This document shows, in pieces, positions 11,337 through 22,200 of a DNA stretch of 64,000 bases; the first letter of the stretch is position 1, and each line of letters opens with the position of its first letter. Both the position numbers and the translations under genes were made by a program. The DNA comes from Ranitomeya imitator (lineage: Eukaryota). The notes beneath the pieces were generated by a model, which was given only the letters and a program-made list of their open reading frames with translations, made no database searches and had not been told where the DNA came from. Location of the stretch: positions 411,184,001 through 411,248,000 of the forward strand of contig NC_091285.1 of the NCBI RefSeq assembly GCF_032444005.1, read 5' to 3'.

Positions 11337-12904
11337 TTAAAATTGGGGGGGGGGACCCCACGCCGTTTTTTTTAATTATTTCATTAAAACATACAGAGTA
11401 AGGACCCCTCTATTCTTGATAACTAGCCTTGCTAAAGCTAACAGTTGAGGGCTGCAGTCCGCAGCTGTCAGTTTTGCCTGACTGGTTATCAAAAACATAA
11501 GGGAGCCCACGGCAGCTTATTTATTGCGCAGGCAGTTGATGAATACTCCAGCCACCTGCTCTCGCTGTTATCACTTGAATATAACTCTCAACCTTATCCC
11601 TTGCTAGGGCTGATCACAGCGCGAGCAGGGGAGAATGATAGTGGTCTTCAGCACCTGGCGATGGGGAACAGCGCAAACAGCACTGCTGCTTCTCAGGCGC
11701 CGGTAAGTGTCAAACTGATGTCATCCATGTGTCATCAGTGTGCATGTGTGAAGGACATTTTGCGGCCCGTCCTGCTGTTAAAAAACAAACATGTCAGTGT
11801 ATTTTGCCGATGGACACAGGGTCCGTGGAAGCATGCTGACATGTTCACAAACCCATGCACTTGAATTGGTCTACGTAAGTGTCTTCGGTATGTGTGAAAA
11901 CTGTCACCAAACGTATTGGACACACGGATGTCTGAAAGAGCCCCAATGATGAGGCATAGATGTTATCTGTTAGAAAGCCTTTTATAAAATGTCAGCACCA
12001 GGATAAAGGCTATTACATGTATTTCTATTACAACTCTCCCACACCATACACAATTGTGTCAGTCAAGCATTTGCATGTGGGGAGATTCAGAAGACACTTG
12101 TAAACTATTAGATGGTTGGTAAACCTTGTCAATTTAAGGCTGGGGCTAAAAGATGTCGTTGGCAACGGCACGGATCATACAGAAAAGGATTACTCTGTGC
12201 TGCAGCATAATGCAGGTGAATGGGGTCACAATGCAACCCCTAGAGTACCACGACACGCAGGTCGTACACAGTCAGAACTAGACTGCAGTAACCTAGAGAT
12301 TACAATACAATCCCCTTCCCCGGCATTATGCTGCAAAGTAGCAGAGGCGCATAGCGATAGTGTCGCTGTCAGGGTCGTCATGTAACCATTGGTTTACTTT
12401 ATGTGCGGCGGAGACTTTAATGCGTGTGTCACACAAAGCAAAACTTATCCCCTACACATAAAATAGGTCAGAAGTTGCTCATCTCCGGATAAGCCACCTA
12501 AATGGATCAGTGGATGAGGATGCGCACCACCGCTCCATGCAAAGTCTTGTAGTGACATAATGGAGTACAACGTTCAGCTATCTTTATCAGTCCCGTAGAC
12601 AATGACTGGAGTGGTAGCATGCATGTACACCCACCACTCCATTAAAGCATGGGCTACAGGATACTCCCAAGAAATTAGTAACAGGTCATTTTGGATAGAT
12701 GATCCTAATTGTGCAACAGCCCTTAAAAATGACTGATTATGATAATAGAGGAAAACAATCATCCTGCATGAGCAGTTCATTTCTTTGTGGTCAGCAGTTT
12801 TCTATGAATTAGAGTCAGCAATGTGGATGCTGATATCTAAGCGTTTTCCTTCTTCCCATATTTGTGTGGGATTCCAATGGACACTGCCAGAAAAGCAGAT
12901 TTAT

Positions 12905-13020
12905 GGCTTAAATAATCTTTATTTTTATATAGCGCTAACATATTCCGCAGCGCTTTACAGTTTGCACACATTATTATCGATGTCTCACAATCAACATTCC
13001 CTAGCATTATGTTTTTGGAA
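12905..13020 (-). mobile_element. 3' tail of an L2-type SINE/LINE
   Basis: Minus strand reads CTGTAAAGCGCTGCGGAATATGTTAGCGCTATATAAAAATAAAG, typical of amphibian SINE2/L2 tails. Confidence 0.5.
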
Positions 13021-13989
13021 TCTGGCATCATATTTGACCTAAACTATTAATATAGGCATAAAGGATATAGACTGCGGAGGAGAGTCCTCCCTGTATGCCT
13101 CGGATCAGATGTGGTGTTGTTGCCAAGTCATCTTTTATCACTTTATATAAATCAGCTCCTCCAGGATATGGGGAGGATGTTGTCTGAAGAGAACTCTGCC
13201 TCCAGAGCTTATTTTACATGAAGGGGAGTTACTAGTGTCAGACATGTAACCAGCACCGAAAAGAAGAACTCTAGGCCCATATTAATAGTTTAGATGGTCA
13301 CCATATTTGACCTGGTTCCCTTTAGGAAGAATTTACGCTGCAAGATAATTGTAAAAAAAGCGTTGCAAAAAATGCTCAATTCACGATTATCTTGCTACAT
13401 AAACAGCAAAATGCTCATCAATCGGGTGAAATAGTCTTTTGTGCTGCACAGAATATCGCTGGCGGTGTATCGTCCTGTGTACGCAGGATTCACGCTACGG
13501 AGAACCATGGCAGCCTATGTGCGCCGCGCAATCTACCATAGATCACACCGCGCTTTATTCTGATCTGCATCCAAACGACAATCAGCGGCCATATTGTGTC
13601 GCCATGGATCCGTGTAAACAAGCCTCCCATCAAACGTCCCTCATTTGTCTGCGATAGTGAGGTCAGATTGTGCGCTCCACCGGGGACCGGACCAGGAGTG
13701 TCCAGTGATGAGATCTGTACAGCGCAGCAGCATATGTTGGCGCCCTGCAGTGCACAGATTGCTAATATTGCAGTCACACATCAGTAGACACGGTCCATAC
13801 ACAATACAGCTGCCCAATGAGAGGCACTGGACTGTGCCAATGGGGCAGATTTCATAGGGCTGATAACCACAAACTATTGATGCTCGTGGTACAGTGAATG
13901 GGCTCTAGCTGCGACTTGTGGTGCCACACACAAAAGAGCACGACTGAGATATAGCAGGATACCCTGCTGGCTGGAGAGAGTTGTGGAGC

Positions 13990-14530
13990 CTGATAAAGGG
14001 TTAATACGATGTGCTGAGCCGCCATTCACACAATGCGGTACCAGCAGTGTGCAGCAGCCAGGTCACACCGGCCTTCTATGTCACATCCGCAGGGGCCTAG
14101 TCAGGCCTGCAGCCTCCTCCCCGCCTTTTCCTAGCTCGCTAGCCGTTTCCCAGCACCCAACTTCCCGCAGTTATCCCCGGCTAGCGCAGCGCGGGGCGGA
14201 GCTGCCGGCTGAGCCCCGGAGCCCGAGCTCCGTGTTGCGGCTGCGCCAGCAGGGCTGAGATAGCTGGAGATTGCGCGGTAGGGCACTCACCTCAGAGCGG
14301 CTGCGCTACAGCGAGCCTGCGCCGTGACACTCAAGCGAGGACCTCTCTGAGCTGCAATGGCTGCGGGAGCCCACGCTACACACGGCCAGAGCTGGTGCTG
14401 CGTCACCGGCGTCATGACGTCACGGCCCAGCTGAGTGGACGCAGCGGCCTGTTCAGACGGCCATTGAGAGAAGGTCGCATGCTGCATGGAGGAATTTACA
14501 CGAGAGGATTGGGCTTGTGCTCCCATTGGA
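13990..14530 (-). promoter_or_regulatory. CpG-island promoter with palindromic CRE
   Basis: GC- and CpG-rich, non-repetitive; TGACGTCA at 14415-14422; GC box at ~14194-14200; minus-strand splice donor GAG|GTGAGT at 14291/14290. Confidence 0.65.
14291..14410 (-). other. Putative non-coding first exon (nrf1 candidate by synteny)
   Basis: Strong donor, no ATG-led ORF. Identity is inferred only from the order SMKR1-NRF1 on one strand in human; the exon's 5' end is unknown. Confidence 0.45.
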
Positions 14531-14653
14531 ACCTCTGCTCTTTATGGCTTTATTAGAGCAGTTACCGGCAGGCGGAGGGCACTGCAGGCTGCAAACGGCG
14601 ACCGACAACCGCTACTATTACTGCACAGCTTACTGGCAGTGGCCAGTCTCTAA

Positions 14654-14997
14654 GGCTGTGTGCACACGTAGCGGATTGGGGTGCACACTTTTCCGCACAA
14701 AATCTGCATCTCCTGGCAGAAAACGCAGGTGCGTTTTTGTAGTGGATTTTCTGCGTTTTTTACCCCTGCGGATTTCTATAATGGAAGGGGTGAGAAACGC
14801 TGCAGCTCCGCACAAAAGAAGTAGCATGCTGCTTCTTTTGATCCGCAGGGGATTCCATGCGGAATTTTCCGCACCATTAGCACAGCTTTTTTTTTTCTGT
14901 TGATTTACATTGTACTGTAAATCACTTTGCGGAACTGCGTTTCTGCATGGAAAAATCTGCTGCGGATCCGCACTAATTCCGCATCGTGCACACAGCC
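14654..14997. mobile_element. Harbinger-type MITE
   Basis: TIR GGCTGTGTGCAC / GTGCACACAGCC; TWA flanks (TAA left, TTA right). Confidence 0.8.
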
Positions 14998-15000
14998 TTA

Positions 15001-15644
15001 GGGTACCTTCACATTTAGCGACGCTGCAGCGATCCAGACAACGATCCCGATCGCTGCAGCATCGCTGTTTGGTCGCTGGAGAGCTGTCACACAGACAGCT
15101 CTCCAGCGACCAACGATGCCGGTAACCAGGGTAAAGATCGGGTTACTAAGCGCAGGGCCGCGCTTAGTAACCCGATGTTTACCCTGCTTACCAGCGTAAA
15201 AGTAAAAAAAAAAAAACACTACATACTTACCTTCCGCTGTCTGTCCTCCGGCGCTCTGCTTCTCTGCACTGTGTAAGCACAGCGGCCACGTCACCGCTGT
15301 GCTCTGCTTTCTGGCCGCTGTGCTTACACAGTGCAGAGAAGCACAGCGGAGGACAGACAGCGGAAGGTAAGTATCTAGTGTTTTTTTTTTTTTACTTTTG
15401 CGCTTAGTAACCCAATGTTTACCCTGGTTACCAGTGAAGACATCGCTGAATCGGCGTCACACACGCCGATTCAGCGATGTCTACGGGAGTCCAGCGACGA
15501 AATAAAGTTCTGGACTTTCTGCACCGACCAACGATGGCACAGCAGGATCCTGATCGCTGCTGCGTGTCAAACTGAACGATATCGCTAGCCAGGACGCTGC
15601 AACGTCACGGATCGCTAGCGATATCGTTCAGTGTGAAGGTACCT
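15001..15644. mobile_element. Harbinger-type palindromic MITE abutting the previous MITE
   Basis: TTA|GGGTACCTTCACA ... TGTGAAGGTACCT|TTA; internal inverted repeats. Confidence 0.8.
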
Positions 15645-15709
15645 TTAGTGCAGGAGCATGTGGCCAGACCAGTCCTTCAGCCTTCAAGAGAACAGCTGTC
15701 TCATATGCT

Positions 15710-16255
15710 ACACAGGGTTAAAAATCATCGGGGTCTATTACATCCCACCTTTCTCCACCAATTCTACATGCTGAGGAAATCGTCCAGCCCTTGTATAAAA
15801 GCTGTTCTAGTATCTGCCATTGCTACCTCTGGTGCTAGGGCCTACCACAGTCTGACTGCTCTAACTGTAAAGAACCCTTTCGTGTTTAGCTGCTGGAATC
15901 GCCTTTCTTCCACCCATAATGAATGCCCCTGGTCCTTAGTGGACCTCTGAACTGACCGCACATATATTTATACATATGAATGAGATCCCCTCTGAGGCGT
16001 CATTTTTCTAAGCCAAACAAGCCTAACTTTTCCAACCTCTCCTCATACGAGAGGCCTTCCATCCCTTGTAATAATCTAGCTGCCCACCATTGAACGACTC
16101 TAACTTCTGAATGTCCTTTTTAAAATGTGGAGGCCAGAACTGGATCCCATATTCTAGATGTGGCCTCACCAGTGATTTATAAAGGGGTAATAATATGCTG
16201 GGATATAAGTATTTTATCTCTTTTTATACACCCTAAAGTCTTGTTTGCTTTTGCA
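15710..16255 (-). mobile_element. Degraded CR1 LINE 3' fragment
   Basis: Reverse complement resembles the CR1 3' end at 25800-26400 (e.g. ..FFTVRAVRLW..). Confidence 0.7.
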
Positions 16256-17395
16256 GCTGTATTTTACAATTGGAGGAGACTGATGGAACGGTCTGGTCAC
16301 ATGTTCCTTGGAGCCATTGTATGGGCAGAAGAGCTGGGCAGTTTGTGAGGAAAGCTTCACTAACAAGAGAAAGCTGCCTGCCTTATTTTTCCGACCCCAG
16401 GGACCATTACTGACTGCTCAATCACCTCCTCACACCCCACAAACATAGACATCGGTGGTAGACAACGGCACTCGGCATTTTTCATCTTGTGCCCTCTGAA
16501 GTGCTAGCGCTAGCAACCATCTGTAAACTCAAGGACTGTCTGTACAAATAGGAACTTATGTCCTGTGCCAAAAAAAGTGTATGAATGTGGAGAAACGTGC
16601 TTGACATTCTAGATATCACCGTAGTTTACATGGTTATTATATTATTCCAAGCTATAGACATACCATCAGCCATAATAGTAACACTACCCAATAGAATTAG
16701 GCCCCTTCGTGCCCCTGACCATGCATGTACTCCACAAGACCCCTGAAGATGTCCTGTAGTATCGTCCAGCAGGATGTTAGCAGCAGATCCTCTGAAGGCA
16801 TTTCCTACTTTCAGGAAGGTAGACCCTAAATGTTCTAAAATACCTGAAATAAGAAACAGATCAGGTACTCACCCTCGCCTGGACCAGCGCTGGCTCCTCA
16901 ATGTAGACAGCTTGAGAAGATGAGCTCAGAGATTGACTACAGCAATGACACGCTGCCAATGTGAGGTCACTCCTGCAGTCAAAACAACGGGGAGACAACA
17001 CTGGACCCAGGGAGGGCAAGTACCTGATCTGTTACTTTAGAGTGTTTGGGATCCACTTTTATGAAAGTAGATAACTCTTTTAAGTCCAGTAATGTATCAA
17101 GAGGAGGTCCTTTGATTGGGCTTGTTGTTTCAACCCCCTATGTCATGTCCTTCAATTCAGTATGGTAGGATGCGTTATTCTGCTGAAGAAGTCACTGTTG
17201 CTATGAAGACATGTACTTGGTCTGCAAACAAAAAGTAAATGACTGACAGCACATCTGACAAAAAAAAGCAGGAAAAGGCGGATGCCCGTCCTATATCCAC
17301 TGGACCCAAGTGGAAGAGTCCATACCATAGGTTGAAGTGAAGGACAGCATCCAATCAAGGTGAAGGTGAAAAAATTCTTCTTTATTGTGCCATAA

Positions 17396-17432
17396 ATGCG
17401 ACGTTTCAACCTCAAGGGTCTTTCTCAAGCAT
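17396..17432 (-). ncRNA. Type I minimal hammerhead ribozyme motif (U3-A8 variant)
   Basis: AUGC-UUGAGAA-A-GACC(CUUGA)GGUU-GAAACGUC-GCAU; stem I is 4 bp, stem II is 4 bp with a GU pair, stem III is palindromic ACGU; AATAAA follows about 10 nt downstream. Confidence 0.7.
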
Positions 17433-18886
17433 ACCAAACAGTCAAACGGACGGCCTTAAATAGGAAGTTGGTCATCACCAACCAATCAACCCATTCAAGA
17501 CCGCCCACATCATTTACATAACAAAGTTCAGTAATCTCAATATCAGTTTAAAACTTACATTCTATAAAACCTATATACTTAAAAACCGTGCATCTTATTT
17601 TATACAACCCATAAAACACATAATACAGCCCAAAATAGAAATAATTAGCACATGTAGGGAACCAAACATATTTAAACAATGCTGCCTACCAATCACCAGA
17701 ACCGTAAAGGCAAGTTTGTGTATAATCCACCAATGTGACAGCTTGGTTCTCACATCACAGCGACCGCAAATCAGTGTTTGCATAGAGGGCCCAATCATCG
17801 AGGACAAAATATATCAGCCTGCTTAATCAGAACCAATCCAGGTTCACCATATAGAACCACATACCAAACACTCGCACGTAGTATCACCTGACCAAAGTCA
17901 CGCTAGCCTCCATTCAAAGAGCTCACTCACTCCATAGCCTGCTGTCTCGTCTGTTCACCAATGAGCATATCCCCCAATCCCACATGACAGTCACAAGACC
18001 AAGCCTGCGACGACGCCATGGTTACCGGGAGGACACGCCCACCAATCCCCAAACGCCGTCACATGCAACCAAACAACGCAATTTCCACAATAGTGGCGCG
18101 GCACCAATAATGCACAATGCGGGTGTCTACGGCTGTAACCCGACTCATATCATACATACGAGATCCCTGTTCTCCGTGCGCCTGTCCCCCGGCCCCATAA
18201 CACAATGACACAAGACACAGCATGCAGCGCCGTCATGGTGACCGAGAATACACGCCCACCTGTCACAGGGGGCGTCACTTATGATGCAGGACAACGCCTA
18301 CCATTGCGGTCCGGTACCTTAAACTCAAGCACACACTACGCATGTCAGCAGCTGCAGCCAGGCTCGCACTGTCCAAATACAAGTGTCGATCACCTCCACC
18401 ATCAGTGCCACAATAAATGCAGCACCAATAAGGGGGCAAAGGTTACAAAACCCAAAATACTGCAGACGTACATCCTCTAAGAGAGACCCACAACCTCATT
18501 TGTCACATAGGAGGGTATCCGCAAAATCCATAACACATCCAGTGCCATATCCATGGCTACTGTTGTCATTATGCTAAACAGGTTATACGGGCTGAATTGA
18601 TTCCACATACAAAGGATCAAGAAAAATCCATATATCTGGAAACTTAGTCCATATACTTGGCTCAATGCCAAGATTTTTCACAAACCGTATTATGTGCAAA
18701 AAAATTCCCCACTGAATAAGTGAAAAGAATACCAAACCCCCATTAAAAACACTTTAACACGAAGAGCTCCTCACAGAAATATAGCGCGATCTATCAGCGC
18801 GCACATAACTGTAAATTATAGTCAACATTTAGACCCCCAGGGTGATGAGAGCCCAGCTTTGAGATCCACCTAAGTTCCTTCTGTTT

Positions 18887-19278
18887 TTACAATTTAACCC
18901 TGTCTCCACCCCTACGTGGGGGGGGGGGGGGGAGGGGTACACCATCAATGACCCTGAACCTTAGTTGACTAATTGCATGTCCACTCTCAATAAAGTGCTT
19001 AGGTATCGGTAAATCCATCATTTTTGTCCTACTAGTACTTTTGTGTTTACTGATGCGTGCCTTAATTTGCATCGTGGTTTCACCCACATACGTCAATCCA
19101 CATGGACATACAATCAGGTATATCACATAACTCGAGGTACACGTGTACCTTCCCTTGATATAAATCTTTTTACCTGTGTGAGGATGATTGAAGAATTCCT
19201 CTTTAACCAAATTACCGCAGCACGCACAACCTAAACAGGGAAAATTCCCAAATTTCAGGGGACACAAGGTACACTCAT
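18887..19278 (-). pseudogene. PLE GIY-YIG endonuclease
   Basis: C-x2-C-x2-C motif, YTCTSSYVIYLIVCPCGLTYVGET, RISKH, PIPKHF. Confidence 0.9.
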
Positions 19279-19329
19279 CAGGAGGGCGTTAAACTAGAAG
19301 AAGAGGGGACGGGAAGAAAAACATTAGAC

Positions 19330-21183
19330 TTGAACAAAGAAGATCCAGGAAAACATACTCAGAAGGGAGGTAAGAACATTTCTAAAACAATCCACAGCGA
19401 GGAGATTGGAACAAAACAAAATCCTCTAAACTGCATGCTCGCAAACGCCAGAAGCCTGACAAACAAGATGGAAGAACTAGAAGCAGAAATATCTACAGGT
19501 AACTTTGACATAGTGGGAATAACCGAGACATGGTTAGATGAAAGCTATGACTGGGCAGTTAACTTACAGGGTTACAGTCTGTTTAGAAAGGATCGTAAAA
19601 ATCGGAGAGGAGGAGGGGTTTGTCTCTATGTAAAGTCTTGTCTAAAGTCCACTTTAAGGGAGGATATTAGCGAAGGAAATGAGGATGTCGAGTCCATATG
19701 GGTCGAAATTCATGGAGGGAAAAATGGTAACAAAATTCTCATTGGGGTCTGTTACAAACCCCCAAATATAACAGAAACCATGGAAAGTCTACTTCTAAAG
19801 CAGATAGATGAAGCTGCAACCCATAATGAGGTCCTGGTTATGGGGGACTTTAACTACCCGGATATTAACTGGGAAACAGAAACCTGTGAAACCCATAAAG
19901 GCAACAGGTTTCTGCTAATAACCAAGAAAAATTATCTTTCACAATTGGTGCAGAATCCAACCAGAGGAGCAGCACTTTTAGACCTAATACTATCTAATAG
20001 ACCTGACAGAATAACAAATCTGCAGGTGGTCGGGCATCTAGGAAATAGCGACCACAATATTGTACAGTTTCACCTGTCTTTCACTAGAGGGACTTGTCAG
20101 GGAGTCACAAAAACACTGAACTTTAGGAAGGCAAAGTTTGACCAGCTTAGAGATGCCCTTAATCTGGTAGACTGGGACAATATCCTCAGAAATAAGAATA
20201 CAGATAATAAATGGGAAATGTTTAAGAACATCCTAAATAGGCAGTGTAAACGGTTTATACCTTGTGGGAATAAAAGGACTAGAAATAGGAAAAACCCAAT
20301 GTGGCTAAACAAAGAAGTAAGACAGGCAATTAACAGTAAAAAGAAAGCATTTGCACTACTAAAGCAGGATGGCACCATTGAAGCTCTAAAAAACTATAGG
20401 GAGAAAAATACTTTATCTAAAAAACTAATTAAAGCTGCCAAAAAGGAAACAGAGAAGCACATTGCTAAGGAGAGTAAAACTAATCCCAAACTGTTCTTCA
20501 ACTATATCAATAGTAAAAGAATAAAAACTGAAAATGTAGGCCCCTTAAAAAATAGTGAGGAAAGAATGGTTGTAGATGACGAGGAAAAAGCTAACATATT
20601 AAACACCTTCTTCTCCACGGTATTCACGGTGGAAAATGAAATGCTAGGTGAAATCCCAAGAAACAATGAAAACCCTATATTAAGGGTCACCAATCTAACC
20701 CAAGAAGAGGTGCGAAACCAGCTAAATAAGATTAAAATAGATAAATCTCCGGGTCCGGATGGCATACACCCACGAGTACTAAGAGAACTAAGTAATGTAA
20801 TAGATAAACCATTATTTCTTATTTTTAGGGACTCTATAGCGACAGGGTCTGTTCCGCAGGATTGGCGCATAGCAAATGTGGTGCCAATATTCAAAAAGGG
20901 CTCTAAAAGTGAACCTGGAAATTATAAGCCAGTAAGTCTAACCTCTATTGTTGGTAAAATATTTGAAGGGTTTCTGAGGGATGTTATTCTGGATTATCTC
21001 AATGAGAATAACTGTTTAACTCCATATCAGCATGGGTTTATGAGAAATCGCTCCTGTCAAACCAATCTAATCAGTTTTTATGAAGAGGTAAGCTATAGGC
21101 TGGACCACGGTGAGTCATTGGACGTGGTATATCTCGATTTTTCCAAAGCGTTTGATACCGTGCCGCACAAGAGATCAAAATAA
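19330..21183 (+). pseudogene. CR1 ORF2, AP endonuclease plus N-terminal RT (truncated)
   Basis: NARSL, GITETW, GDFN, LDLIL, SDH; KSPGPDGIHPRVL, QHGF, YLDFSKAFDTVPH; ends at the junction with a foreign element. Confidence 0.95.
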
Positions 21184-21279
21184 AAAAAATAGTAAATGAC
21201 CTCCCCCCTTTGTCACCCCCATAGGTAGGGACAATAAAAAAAATAAAGAATTTTTTTTTTTTTCACTAAGGTTGGAGTT

Positions 21280-22200
21280 AGAACTAGGGGTAGGGTTAGG
21301 GGTAGGGTTAGGGTTAGTGGTAGGGTTAGGGTTAGGGGTAGGGTTAGGGGTAGGGTTAGGGGTAGGGTTAGGGTTCGGGATATTCACACGTATTCTGGTC
21401 CTCTGCGGATTTTTCCGCAGAGGATTTGATAAATCCGCAGTGCTAAACCGCTGTGGATTTACCGCGGTTTTTCTGCGCATTTCACTGCGGTTTTACAACT
21501 GCGATTCTCTATTGGAGCAGTTGTAAAACCGCTGCGGAATCCGCAGAAAGAAGTGACATGCTGCAGAATGTAAACCGCTGCGTTTCCGTGCTGTTTTTCT
21601 GCAGCATGTGTACAGCGATTTTTGTTTCCCATAGGTTTACATTGAACTGTAAACTCATGGGAAACTGCTGCGGATCCGCAGCGTTTTCCGCAGCGTGTGC
21701 ACATACCTTTAGAATTAGGCTATGTGCACATGGTGCGGATTTGGCTGAGGATTCACAGCGGATTGGCCGCTGCGGATTCGCAGCAGTGTTCCATCAGGTT
21801 TACAGTACCATGTAAACATATGGAAAACCAAATCCGCTGTGCCCATGGTGCGGAAAATACCACGCGAAAACGCTGCGTTGTATTTTCCGCAGCATGTCAA
21901 TTCTTTGTGCGGATTCCGCAGCGTTTTACACCTGTTCCTCAATAGGAATCCACAGGTGAAATCCGCACAAAAAACACTGGAAATCCGCGGTAAATCCGCA
22001 GGTAAAACGCAGTGCCTTTTACCCGCGCATTTTTCAAAAATGGTGCTGAAAAATCTCATACGAATCCGCAACGTTGGCACATAGCCTTAGGGTTGGGTTG
22101 GAATTAGGGTTGTGGTTAGGGGTGTGTTGGGGTTAGGGTTGTGATTAGGGTTACGGCTACAGTTGGGATAAGGTTTAGGGGTGTGTTGGAGTTAGAATTG
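21280..22200 (+). repeat. Degenerate (TTAGGG)n tract split by two MITEs
   Basis: GGGTTA/GGGGTA repeats at 21280-21375 and 22087-22200; MITEs at ~21376-21707 and 21718-22086 (TTA TSD). Confidence 0.85.

Noticed and set aside
12574-12780. Possible coding exon in unique-looking DNA (candidate nrf1 exon)
   Set aside because: No recognisable similarity to NRF1 or any other protein, and no convincing splice-site pair.
17170-17212. Plus-strand CTGAAGAAG..GAAGAC resembling a hammerhead
   Set aside because: Lacks GAAA and consistent stems I and III.
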